Of a DNA stretch of 64,000 bases, positions 48,946 to 60,471 are shown in pieces. The DNA is taken from contig JADKCZ010000005.1 in NCBI GenBank assembly GCA_016718565.1, positions 238,218-302,217 of the forward strand, read 5' to 3'. The DNA is from Anaeromyxobacter sp. (GTDB lineage: Bacteria > Myxococcota > Myxococcia > Myxococcales > Anaeromyxobacteraceae). Each line of letters opens with the position of its first letter. The stretch's first letter is position 1. The notes beneath the pieces are model-generated. The model made no database searches and was not told the origin of the DNA. It was given only the letters and a program-made list of their open reading frames with translations. The position numbers and the translations under genes were made by a program.

Positions 48946-49149
48946 CCGCCGGAGGCGTGACCCTCCCGGGCGCGCGCCCGGGATGCCCTCCCGGGCGCCG
49001 AGCCCGGCGTCCCGCGCGCGGGGCGCACGCGCGGGGACGCGCCGCGGCGCCCTGCCGCACCGTTCCCTGGCGGCCTCGAATGGGAGGAGACTCCCGGGTG
49101 TCGGCGTGCCGCGGGCAGACGCGCGGCCGCCCTCGCGCAGGGGGACGCC

Positions 49150-51981
<2,832 letters not shown>

Positions 51982-52019
51982 CCGGTGGCGCGGCCGGGGA
52001 GGTGGCGGTGCGCCTGCCT

Positions 52020-52326
52020 TCCTCCCTCCATGGGCCTGGGTGGACTGGTCGTCCCTGTCGGGGCGAGGGTGGACACTTCGTCATCCCCGCAAGGCTGTAC
52101 ATGGATTGACCATGTCAATATTGAGCGCATTGCTCCAGCAACGCCCAGCTGCGGCACGATTGTCGATTCCTGATTCCGGAGTTCATTGACGTGGATCAGC
52201 GATAAGGCATTTAACCCACTACAATCAATGAGTTCCGAGTCGTGCGTGGGACTGGTGGTCCGCCGCGCCGAGCGTACATTGGCCCAAGTCATCCGCGCAG
52301 CCCGCGCGGAGCAGGGGAGGGTCACC
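52020..52326. promoter_or_regulatory. AT-rich island (roughly 50% GC against a ~74% background) with repeated ATTGA(C) motifs and short inverted repeats; a putative promoter or regulatory region, possibly a small-RNA locus
   Basis: ...ggattgaccatgtcaatattgagcgcattgctcc...cgattgtcgattcctgattccggagttcattgacgtggatcagcgataaggcatttaacccactacaatcaatgagttcc... TTGACG and TACAAT-like hexamers are present. Downstream, a GGGGAGGG RBS and ATG 52327 follow. Confidence 0.4.
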
Positions 52327-52572
52327 ATGGACAGCAACTATTCGGCGCTCACCTTCGAGGAAGTGGCCGTCGCCAAGGCCGCCATTCGCGTCTTCCGGTA
52401 CCTGGCGGTCGTGGCCACCGCGGTGCTGGTGCCCGCGGTGGTGGTGCTGGTCACGCCGCTGGTCGGGTGGGCGCTGGTCGCCGCCATCGTCTTCAGCCCG
52501 CTGGTCTTCGCTTACGTCCTGGTCCTGGCCGCGCGGCAGGCCGCCGAGGAGCGCCGCCAGGCAGCGCCCTGA
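52327..52572 (+). CDS. Small (81 aa) two-TM membrane protein
   Basis: RBS GGGGAGGG 9 nt before ATG 52327. Hydrophobic helices AVVATAVLVPAVVVLV and LVAAIVFSPLVFAYVLVL. Confidence 0.4.
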   Translation: MDSNYSALTFEEVAVAKAAIRVFRYLAVVATAVLVPAVVVLVTPLVGWALVAAIVFSPLVFAYVLVLAARQAAEERRQAAP

Positions 52573-52850
52573 CTCGGGCCGGCCCGGGCCTCGCCCGCCC
52601 TCGCCGCGGGCGCTCCGGGCGCTCCGGGCGCTCGGGGCGCTCGGACGCTCCGGACGCTCCGGACGCGCGGCGTGAGGCGTGGGGCGTGCCGCTGGCGCAC
52701 GGTGTGTGAGGCCGCGTCCCGTCGTCGGGGACCCGGCCAGGCCCAAGCGGTCGGATTTCGTGGCGGCGCCGGCGGCATGGCCGGTGCACCGGTGGCTCCT
52801 CGCCGGCCGCCCTCCCTCGACCTCCGCCGGCACGAAAGGCAGGCCGCTCC

Positions 52851-53009
52851 ATGCTGAAGCCCTTGCTCGCGCTCGCGGCGATCGTCGCCGTGCTCTCCGC
52901 CACTGGCTGCTGCCTCCCGCTGCACGGCGGCAGGTACTACGGCGACGACCGCTGGTCCGACTCGGATCGCCCGGCCTCGCCGGGCCACCGCAGCCGCCCG
53001 CACCGCTGA
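52851..53009 (+). CDS. Small (52 aa) putative lipoprotein
   Basis: MLKPLLALAAIVAVLSATGCC... with an L-S-A-T-G-C lipobox. Stop TGA 53007-53009. Below the ORF-track size cutoff. Confidence 0.35.
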   Translation: MLKPLLALAAIVAVLSATGCCLPLHGGRYYGDDRWSDSDRPASPGHRSRPHR

Positions 53010-53064
53010 GCGGTAGAGGCCCCGCCGCCGGTGAGGGCGTGGCCACCGCCGGGCGGCCGCGCCC

Positions 53065-53754
53065 TCACCACTCGCGGAGGAAGTGGCAGGTGTAGCCGCC
53101 CGGGTGCTTCAGCAGGTAGTCCTGATGGTCGGCCTCGGCGCGGTACCACGGCCCCGCCGGCGCGATCTCCGTGACGATGACGCCCTTCCACCGACCGGCC
53201 TGCTGCACCCGCGCCTTGACCGCCTCGGCGGTGCGGCGCTGCGCCTCGTCGGCGTAGAAGATGGCGCTGCGGTACTGCGTGCCCCGGTCGTTGCCCTGCC
53301 GGTCCCTGGTGGTGGGGTCGTGCATGCGGAAGAACCACCGCTCGAGCAGCTCGTCAAAGCCGAGCCGCCTCGGGTCGAAGACCACCCGCACCGCCTCGGC
53401 GTGGCCGGAGCGCGAGTCGTGGGTGTCCTGGTAACGCGGGTTCAGGAGCCACCCGCCGGTGTAGCCCACCTCGGTCTCGAGGACGCCCGGGATCTTCCTG
53501 AGGAGGTCCTGCATGCCCCAGAAGCAACCTCCGGCCAGCACCGCCACCTCGCGCTCGCCGACCGGGCGGGGCGCGGCGGTGGCCGGCGGCGCTGGCGCCG
53601 GGGCGGGCCGGGACGCCGCGGCGGGCCGCTTCACCGCGGGTGATGTCGGCTGGTCGGCCGGCGCAGCGGCGGGCAGGAGGGTGGCGGCCAGGAGGGCGGC
53701 GGCGAGCGCCCGGCCCATCAGGTGGACGGCGGGGGCGGCAGTGGACGACGGCAT
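53065..53754 (-). CDS. msrA: Peptide-methionine (S)-S-oxide reductase MsrA, secreted/periplasmic form
   Basis: Signal peptide plus a Pro/Ala linker, then LAGGCFWGMQ (catalytic Cys motif) and the conserved MsrA core. Confidence 0.9.
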   Translation of the reverse strand: MPSSTAAPAVHLMGRALAAALLAATLLPAAAPADQPTSPAVKRPAAASRPAPAPAPPATAAPRPVGEREVAVLAGGCFWGMQDLLRKIPGVLETEVGYTGGWLLNPRYQDTHDSRSGHAEAVRVVFDPRRLGFDELLERWFFRMHDPTTRDRQGNDRGTQYRSAIFYADEAQRRTAEAVKARVQQAGRWKGVIVTEIAPAGPWYRAEADHQDYLLKHPGGYTCHFLREW

Positions 53755-53763
53755 GGCAGGGTC

Positions 53764-55146
53764 TTAGCGGGGAGGGCGGGGTGGCGCCTCCTCCACCTCG
53801 TCGTCGGCGCCCTGGGCCAGCAGCGCCTGGGCCCGCTCGGTCTTGATCGGCGCCCCCAGCGCGGCGATGGCCCGCGCCCGGCCGAGCACGTTGCCCTTCC
53901 CGGTGGCCAGCTTGGCGCGCGCCGTGTCGAAGGCGTCCTTCGACTGGTCGAGCCGCTGGCCCACCTCGTCGAGGTCGGCCACGAAGCCGGCCAGCTTCTC
54001 CAGCAGCTTGCCGGCCTCCTCGGCGATCTCCTGGGCGTTGGCGTTCTGCTTCTCCGACCGCCAGACGTGGGCCACCAGCTGCAGGGCCGCCAGCAGGGTG
54101 GTCGGGCTGCAGAGCACGATGCGGTGGCGGAAGGCCTCCTCGTAGAGCCCGGGAGCGCGCGACAGCGCGGCGTGGAAGGCCGCCTCGTTGGGCACGAAGA
54201 GCAGCACCAGGTCCACGGTCCGTTCGGCCACCACCTCCGGGTAGCGCTTGGCCGCCAGCCCCTTCACGTGGGTGCGCACCGAGGCCAGGTGGGCGTCGAG
54301 CGCGGCCTCGCGCGCCTCCGGGCTGGTGGCGCGCGCCGCCTCAACGAAGGCGGTGAGCGAGCACTTGGCGTCCACCACCAGGGCCCGGTTGCCCGGCAGG
54401 TAGACCAGCGCGTCGGGCTGCTTGCGGCCGCCGGCCTCGTCCTGGTGGCTCACCTGCAGGGCGTACTCGCGCCCGGCGGTGAGCCCGGCGGTCTCGAGCA
54501 CCCGCTCCAGGACCAGCTCGCCCCAGTCGCCCTGCGCCTTGGACTCGCCGGTGAGGGCCCGCGACAGCGCCTCGGCGTCCTCGTGCAGCCTCCCCTGCGT
54601 CTCCTGCAGGCGCCGCAGGGCCTCCAGCAGGCTGGCCCGGTCGCGGTTCTCGGCGTCGTAGGTCTTCTCGACCTTGGCCTCGAAGGTCTCGAGCCGCGCC
54701 CTGAGCGGCGCGAGCAGCGCGCCCAGCCCCTCCTGGCTGCGATCGAGCAGCGCCTTCCCCTTCTCGTCGAGGACGCGGCCGGCCAGCTTCTCCACCTCGG
54801 CCCGCACCTGCTCGCGGGTCCGCTCGGCCTCCAGCCGCCGCTCGCCGGCGGCGCGCCGCTCACCGTCCAGCTCGGCGCGCGCCCCCGCCAGCTCGGCGGT
54901 GAGGGCGGTGAGCCCCTGCCGCGCCGCGGCCGCCTCGCGCTGCGTCGCCTCCGCCGCCCGGCGCGCCTCGGCCACCTGCCCCTCGCGGGCTCGCAGCTGC
55001 TCGCGCAGCGCCGCCAGCTCCAGGTCGGCCGCCCGCCGCGCCTCGCCGCCGGCCGACTCCAGCGCCAGCCGCCGCAGCCACAGCCCCACGCCGAGGCCTG
55101 CCGCCAGGAAGACCAGCGCCACCACCACCGTCGTCGCGACGTCCAT
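53764..55146 (-). CDS. rmuC: DNA recombination protein RmuC
   Basis: RBS GAGGAGGAGG precedes the ATG. N-terminal TM helix, a long coiled coil, then the RmuC core (DALVYLPGNRALVVDAKCSL...LFVPNEAAF). Confidence 0.85.
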   Translation of the reverse strand: MDVATTVVVALVFLAAGLGVGLWLRRLALESAGGEARRAADLELAALREQLRAREGQVAEARRAAEATQREAAAARQGLTALTAELAGARAELDGERRAAGERRLEAERTREQVRAEVEKLAGRVLDEKGKALLDRSQEGLGALLAPLRARLETFEAKVEKTYDAENRDRASLLEALRRLQETQGRLHEDAEALSRALTGESKAQGDWGELVLERVLETAGLTAGREYALQVSHQDEAGGRKQPDALVYLPGNRALVVDAKCSLTAFVEAARATSPEAREAALDAHLASVRTHVKGLAAKRYPEVVAERTVDLVLLFVPNEAAFHAALSRAPGLYEEAFRHRIVLCSPTTLLAALQLVAHVWRSEKQNANAQEIAEEAGKLLEKLAGFVADLDEVGQRLDQSKDAFDTARAKLATGKGNVLGRARAIAALGAPIKTERAQALLAQGADDEVEEAPPRPPR

Positions 55147-55392
55147 GCCTCCTCCTCTCGCCACCCGCGCCACCCGCGCGCGGCCTGCGCCGACTGCGCC
55201 GACTGCGCCGACTGCGCCGCCCGCCCCGGTGCAACATGGCTGCCCGGAGCGCCCTGGCGCCCGCGCCGGCCGCGTCCGCCCCCCGGCCACGCTCGGGAAC
55301 GCGGCGACCGCGGTCACGGGGTGGTGGCAGGGCGCTGGACCCCATCTCTAGCGCGGCCCCCTGTCTGCGGCGTCGGCAGCCGGGGTGGGCCT

Positions 55393-55510
55393 AGGGGTCG
55401 GGGTCGAGGTCGGGGTCGGGGTCGGGGTCTAGGTCGAGGTCGGGGTCGGGGTCGGGGTCGGGGTCGAGGTCGGGGTCGGGGTCGAGGTCGAGGTCGGGGT
55501 CCAGGTCACG
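55393..55510. repeat. Hexanucleotide microsatellite (GGGGTC/GAGGTC)n, about 19 units
   Basis: ggggtcggggtcgaggtcggggtcggggtc... seen directly. Intergenic between rmuC and the HNH gene. Confidence 0.85.
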
Positions 55511-55526
55511 ATCGCGGCCGCGGTCC

Positions 55527-55590
55527 ACCGCTCTCCCTCTCCCCCAGCCCGCTGGGGGAGAGGGCCGGGGTGAGGGGGCAGCACGAGGGA
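55527..55590. repeat. GC-rich palindromic REP-like element, copy 1 (core CTCTCCCCCAGCCCGCTGGGGGAGAGGGCCGGGGTGAGGGGG)
   Basis: A perfect 11-bp inverted repeat, ctctcccccag / ctgggggagag, around ccc g. The same ~50-bp core recurs at 61183-61240. A related GGGGAGAGGGCCGGGGTGAGGGG core is triplicated at 63274-63446. Confidence 0.8.
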
Positions 55591-55704
55591 GGGGGCCGCC
55601 TGAGCAGTGCCCGCGAGCCCCGCCTCCATTCACCCTCGGTGACCACCGCCCTGCCCGCGCCCCCCGGCGCCCCGGCTGTCAGACCCGCGGCGCATACTGT
55701 ACGC

Positions 55705-57639
55705 ATGAGCAGCCGCGCTCCAGGTCCGGGTCTCCTCCTTCCGCCCCCCGGCGCGGAGGCCCTGTCCCCCTCGGCCGCGCTGGCCGAGGCCGCCTGGCAG
55801 CTCGAGCAGGTCCCCTTCGAGGAGCGGCGCCACGTGCTGCGCGGCGAGGCCGGCCTGCTGATCGACGGCCTGCTCACCCGCGTGGCCCGCGGCCAGGGCG
55901 CGCTCGAGGTCTCCCTGGCCGAGGGGCTGGCGGCCCTCTCCGCCGGCGACCGGCTGCTCCGGCTCGGCTACTCCTGCGTCGGCGACTACGCCCGCGAGCG
56001 GCTCGGCCTGGCCGGCCGGACCGCGCAGGCCCTGGTGCGGCTCGGCGCGGGGCTGACCGAGCGGCCGGTGCTCCGGGCTGCGGTCCGCCGCGGTGAGGTG
56101 AGCCTGCGCCGGGCCCAGGTGGTCCTGCCGGCGGCGCGCGGCGAGGCCGAGGCCGCCTGGGTGGAGCGGGCCCGGGGTGAGACCACGCGGGCCCTCGAGG
56201 CGGCCGTGGCGGCCTGGGCGCGGGGGGAGCGGGAGGCGGTGGAGCGCGACCCGGACGAGGAGAAGGCGGCGGACGGGGCAGCAGCAGGAGGCCAGGGTGC
56301 GCAGGTGCGGGCGCCACCGGCTTCACCCAGGTTCGACGACGACGAGCCCTGGGAGCGGCTGGTCCTCCCGCTCCCTCCCGAGACGGCCGACACGCTCGAC
56401 CGGGCCTGCGCCCTGGCCGGCCGCCTGCTCGGCGCCGCCTCCCCCACCTGGCAGCGGCTCGAGGCCATCGCCCAGGAGTACCTCGGCGAGCACCCGCCCG
56501 ACGACGCCGACCAGGAGGTGGCGGCCTGCGGCATCGAGGCCTGGGACCCGCCGCCCGACGGGACCGATCCCGACGGGTTCGATCCCGACGGCTCGGGTCC
56601 CGACGGCTCCTGCCCCGGAGACCTGTCGCCCTGGGCCAACGGCCCCCGGCCTGGCCGCCCTCCCTCCCTCTCCGAGCCCATCCCCGCTTGGAGCGCCGAC
56701 CTCGAGGCCGTCCTCGAGCAGGAGTTCCACCGCTGGGACTTCCTCGCCACCGTCGAGCCGGTCGGCTCCCCTCCCCTCCTCGCCCTCGGCCTCTCTCCCC
56801 AGGACCTCGACCTCGAGCTCCGACACCTCTCCTCCCTGCGCGCCCGCTGGGACGAGCTCCTCGGCCACCTCGCCCTCCTCCTCCGCTCCCTCGGCCTTTG
56901 GCGCGACATGGGCTTCCTCTCCTTCCCCCACTACCTCAAGGAGCGCCTCGGCCTCGGCACCCGCGCCGTCGAGCAGCGCATCGCCCTCGAGCGCCGCCTC
57001 CACGAGCTCCCTCCACTCCGTGCCGCCCTCCGCGCCGGCCGCCTCTCCTACGAGCAGGCCCGCCTGGTCGCCCGCGTCGCCACAGACGACCTCTCCACCG
57101 AGGCCTGGGTGGCCCGCGCCGAGGGGCTCTCCTGCCTCGCCCTCCAGCGCCTCCTCGACACCTCCTCCACCGCGCAGGTGCGGGCGCGCGGCCACCTCGA
57201 CCTCCGCGTCCCGAGCAGGGTCGGCGTCCTCCTCGCCGCCGCCTTCCGCGCCGCCGAGCGCGCCTCCGGCCGCTGGCTCTCCCAGCCCGCCTGCCTCTCT
57301 GCCCTCTGCGACCACTTCCTCCTCACCTGGGCCGGCCTCCCTCCACCTCGCCGCTCCGTCCAGCGCCGGGTCCTCCACCGCGACCACGGCCTCTGCCAGG
57401 TCCCAGGCTGCAGCCGCGCCGCCGCACGCCCACCACCTCACCTTCCCGCCCACGGCGGCTCCGACCTCCCAGACAACCTGGTCGCCCTCTGCGCCGCCCA
57501 CCACCTCCACGGCGTCCACGCCGGCTGGCTCAGGGTCCACGGCTCCGCTCCTCACCACCTCTCCTGGGAGCTCGGCGAGCGCCGCCCGCCGGGGCCGGAC
57601 CTCGGGCACCGGGCACCGACGGAGGACTGGCGAGCCTGA
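55705..57639 (+). CDS. HNH endonuclease-domain protein of the DUF222/13E12-repeat type
   Basis: The large helical N-terminal DUF222-like region ends in RRVLHRDHGLCQVPGCSR...GGSDLPDNLVALCAAHHLHGVH (HNH-like). ATG 55705. Confidence 0.75.
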   Translation: MSSRAPGPGLLLPPPGAEALSPSAALAEAAWQLEQVPFEERRHVLRGEAGLLIDGLLTRVARGQGALEVSLAEGLAALSAGDRLLRLGYSCVGDYARERLGLAGRTAQALVRLGAGLTERPVLRAAVRRGEVSLRRAQVVLPAARGEAEAAWVERARGETTRALEAAVAAWARGEREAVERDPDEEKAADGAAAGGQGAQVRAPPASPRFDDDEPWERLVLPLPPETADTLDRACALAGRLLGAASPTWQRLEAIAQEYLGEHPPDDADQEVAACGIEAWDPPPDGTDPDGFDPDGSGPDGSCPGDLSPWANGPRPGRPPSLSEPIPAWSADLEAVLEQEFHRWDFLATVEPVGSPPLLALGLSPQDLDLELRHLSSLRARWDELLGHLALLLRSLGLWRDMGFLSFPHYLKERLGLGTRAVEQRIALERRLHELPPLRAALRAGRLSYEQARLVARVATDDLSTEAWVARAEGLSCLALQRLLDTSSTAQVRARGHLDLRVPSRVGVLLAAAFRAAERASGRWLSQPACLSALCDHFLLTWAGLPPPRRSVQRRVLHRDHGLCQVPGCSRAAARPPPHLPAHGGSDLPDNLVALCAAHHLHGVHAGWLRVHGSAPHHLSWELGERRPPGPDLGHRAPTEDWRA

Positions 57640-57645
57640 GCGCGG

Positions 57646-57745
57646 GTGAGGTGGCGGTGGGCGTGGCGGTGGGCGTGGCGGTGGGCCTGGCGGTGGGCCT
57701 GACCGTGGGCCTGACCGTGGGCCGGGTCGGTGGGGCCGGGCCGTG
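57646..57745. repeat. 12-bp tandem repeat (GGCGGTGGGCGT/GGCCTG variants), about 7 units, immediately 3' of the HNH gene
   Basis: gtggcggtgggcgtggcggtgggcgtggcggtgggcctggcggtgggcctgaccgtgggcctgaccgtgggcc seen directly. Confidence 0.8.
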
Positions 57746-57893
57746 AAGCGCGGCCGCTCCAAACTCACGGTCAGGTACGACAGCGATGCCCCCACGAACA
57801 CGGGACGAGAAATCCAGACGGGCCGTCCGCCCCTCCCGCCTTCACGGGACCTACCCGAGGCTGTTTGTCGCGGTACCACGTCCACGGACCGCG

Positions 57894-58604
57894 ATGAGCG
57901 AACCCCACGACCAGACCTGCAGCGCCATCGTGAACCCACGCCGGGCCCCGCGGCTCGCGGTGCGGTGCCTGGTCCGGGCCGCGGCGCTGGATCGCCCCTG
58001 GACCACCGAGACCGAGGACATCAGCCAGCATGGCTGCCAGCTGCTGGCGCCGCTGGCGCTCCCGCGCGGGCAGGAGGTGCGGCTGGTGCTCACCTACCCG
58101 AGCCTGCCGGAGGCGCTGCACGTCGCCGGGGCGGTGGCCTGGGCCGGCCCCCACGCCCCGTGGCGCCACGGCGTCGCCTTCGACGCGGCGAGCCTGCCCG
58201 CCGCCGAGCGCTGGATCCTCCGCCTGCTGGCCATCCACCCGGAGCTGTCCTGCGCCCCACGGCTGCCGGCCCGGCTCGACCCGAGCGCCCGGCTGCACCT
58301 CGGCGAGCCGCCGCGCCACATCGTGGACTTCACCCACGAGGAGCTGGCGGTGCTCCACCTGGTGCGCGCCGGCGCCACCGCGGGCGAGCTCCGGGAGCGG
58401 CTCGGCGCCCACTGGAGCACCTCGCTGCGAGCCCTCTTCTCGCTCCTGAACCGGCGGGCCGTGACCTTCGACCGGACCGAGGGCCCCGCGCCGGACGCCT
58501 GGGACGCGGCGCTCGGCCCGAACGGCCCGCTCCGCCCACCCGGGGAGCCGCAGCGGCTGGCGCGGTTGAACGCCAGGCCTGCCCCGACGCCGGCCGGCAA
58601 CTAG
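57894..58604 (+). CDS. PilZ-domain protein (putative c-di-GMP-binding)
   Basis: The N-terminus RRAPRLAVRCLVR...TEDISQHGCQLLAP fits the PilZ RxxxR...D/NxSxxG pattern. Confidence 0.55.
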   Translation: MSEPHDQTCSAIVNPRRAPRLAVRCLVRAAALDRPWTTETEDISQHGCQLLAPLALPRGQEVRLVLTYPSLPEALHVAGAVAWAGPHAPWRHGVAFDAASLPAAERWILRLLAIHPELSCAPRLPARLDPSARLHLGEPPRHIVDFTHEELAVLHLVRAGATAGELRERLGAHWSTSLRALFSLLNRRAVTFDRTEGPAPDAWDAALGPNGPLRPPGEPQRLARLNARPAPTPAGN

Positions 58605-58605
58605 A

Positions 58606-59037
58606 ATGCCTGGCATGCCCCTCGTCGACCTCGACACCATCCCGCAGGTCCCGCTCGACTTCATCAACGCTGACCACCGCGAGGAGGCCAGGCTCCTCAA
58701 CGAGCTGGCCGAGGCCATCGCCGACCACCGGGCCGGCACGGTGGGCCCGGAGGCGGTGGTGGCCACCTTCCAGGTGCTCTACCAGCACACCGAGGAGCAC
58801 TTCGGCCGGGAGGACCAGGCCATGCAGAAGAGCGGCTTCCCGCCCTACCAGATGCACCACTCAGAGCACGTCCGCGTGCTGGCCGAGCTGGCCGCCGAGG
58901 GGCGGCGCTTCGCCGAGACCGGCGACGCCGTCCGGCTCGACACCTACGTGACCAAGGTGGTCCCGAGCTGGTTCGTGAACCACATCCAGTCGATGGACCT
59001 CATCACCGCCCGCTTCGTGTCGATGCAGGACGGGTAG
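58606..59037 (+). CDS. Hemerythrin-like (HHE cation-binding) domain protein
   Basis: His/Glu ligand pattern: H..E (HREEARLLNE), H..EEH (YQHTEEHF), H..H (MHHSEHV) and FVNHIQSMD. Confidence 0.8.
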   Translation: MPGMPLVDLDTIPQVPLDFINADHREEARLLNELAEAIADHRAGTVGPEAVVATFQVLYQHTEEHFGREDQAMQKSGFPPYQMHHSEHVRVLAELAAEGRRFAETGDAVRLDTYVTKVVPSWFVNHIQSMDLITARFVSMQDG

Positions 59038-59129
59038 CCGGCGACCGGCCCGGGGCGCGATCCACCCCCAGGGGAGACCGGTCGGCAGGGAGACCGGGCC
59101 TCGGCGCGGCCGGCCCTCCTCGCGACCAC

Positions 59130-59519
59130 TCAGCCCTCGCCGGGGTTCATCTCGCGCAGGTCCGGCAGCAGCGAGAGCACGTCGTGCTCGGCCACCACCG
59201 GCACGGCGCTGGCGAGGTCGGCGTGATCCCAGACCTCGCCCCCCGGGTTTGGCTCGAGCGCCTCGGCCACGTTCGGCGACAGGGCCAGCGTCAGGCGCGA
59301 CGAGAAGATCCAGGCGTGCGGCGAGGTGGCCGGCCAGCGCCAGGCCTCGATGGCCTCCACCGCGTGCTCCCATGCCTCGTCGCCCGTGTAGCCGAGCGCG
59401 TCGAGCTCCCTCGCCAGCGCCTCGGCGATGGCCCGCACAGCCGCCTGGTACCGCGCGGTCAGCGCCTGCACCGCCTCCGGCTCCGGCACCACCACCTCGG
59501 TCGTCACCGCCTCGATCAT
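59130..59519 (-). CDS. Hypothetical acidic protein
   Basis: Non-repetitive ORF. Start taken at the internal Met MIEAVTTEVV.... Confidence 0.4.
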   Translation of the reverse strand: MIEAVTTEVVVPEPEAVQALTARYQAAVRAIAEALARELDALGYTGDEAWEHAVEAIEAWRWPATSPHAWIFSSRLTLALSPNVAEALEPNPGGEVWDHADLASAVPVVAEHDVLSLLPDLREMNPGEG

Positions 59520-59599
59520 CGGGTCCTGCGCCTCCGCGCCGTGTCTTCTACCAAGCGCCACCCGTGGCGCGCCAGCCGGGTGTGCGCTCCGTTCCCCAC

Positions 59600-59791
59600 T
59601 GGGTGGCCCACCCGGTGGCCCACCCGATCGCTCACCGGATCGCTCACTTGATCGCTCACCTGATCGCCCGCCCGATCGCTCACCTGATCGCCCGCCCGAT
59701 CGCTCGCCTGATCGCTCGCCTGATCGCTCACCCGATCGCTCACCTGATCAGTCACCTGATCGGTTGCCCGATCGGGCACCTGATCGTTTGC
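59600..59791. repeat. 16-unit tandem array of a 12-bp repeat (GATCGCTCACCT and variants) carrying 14 GATC sites
   Basis: ggtggcccaccc x2, then gatcgctcaccg, gatcgctcactt, gatcgctcacct, gatcgcccgccc, ... gatcgtttgccc, seen directly. Lies in the divergent intergenic region between 59519(-) and 59893(+). Confidence 0.85.
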
Positions 59792-59892
59792 CCGCTGGCC
59801 CTCCGGGGCGCGGACTTTCGTCGGCCTGCCCGCCGGACGGACGCGACCGCCGTCGGGCGCGCGGGGCGGCGCTGGCATAGACTCCTGGGCCA

Positions 59893-60471
59893 ATGCGGAC
59901 GGAGCTGCACGTCGACTTCCTCGGCGCCGAGGTGCACGGCCTGCCGGGCCGGCTCGGGCTCACCAGCGCCCCGGGCGGCTGGTGGCCGGGGCGCGCCATG
60001 CCCCGCGACGGCGGTGAGCTGCTCGAGGACGACCTGCGCCTCCTCACGCAGGATCACGGCGCCAGCCTGCTGGTGACCCTCCTCACCGCACGCGAGGTGG
60101 CCAGGCTCGGCGACCTGAAGCGCCGCACCCGGTCGCTCGGGGTCGAGTGGCTCCACCACCCCATCCCGGACATGTGCCCCCCCGGCTCGCCGGCCGCGGC
60201 GGACAAGGTGGTGGAGCGCCTGGTGGCCCACCTGGGCGAGGGGCGCACCGCGGTGGTCCACTGCCTGGCCGGCCTCGGCCGGACCGGCACGGTGGCGGCC
60301 TGCCTGCTGGTGGAGCGCGGGCGCAGCGCCGAGGAGGCGGTGGCGGCGGTGCGGGCGGCCAGGCCGGGCTCGGTGCAGACCTCCGAGCAGGAGGCCTTCG
60401 TGGGCGCCTACCAGGCCTGGCGGGTCGAGCGCGCCGCCCGCCCGCCGCGGCGCCGCTTCTTCTTCAGGTGA
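59893..60471 (+). CDS. Protein tyrosine / dual-specificity phosphatase (CDKN3/KAP-like)
   Basis: VHCLAGLGRTG is the CX5R P-loop signature. Confidence 0.85.
   Translation: MRTELHVDFLGAEVHGLPGRLGLTSAPGGWWPGRAMPRDGGELLEDDLRLLTQDHGASLLVTLLTAREVARLGDLKRRTRSLGVEWLHHPIPDMCPPGSPAAADKVVERLVAHLGEGRTAVVHCLAGLGRTGTVAACLLVERGRSAEEAVAAVRAARPGSVQTSEQEAFVGAYQAWRVERAARPPRRRFFFR

Noticed and set aside
59249-60076. ORF translating the 12-bp repeats as (IAHL)n/(PDRS)n
   Set aside because: It has a pure tandem-repeat origin, no RBS and overlaps a well-supported phosphatase gene. It is treated as non-coding, although a repetitive peptide cannot be fully excluded.
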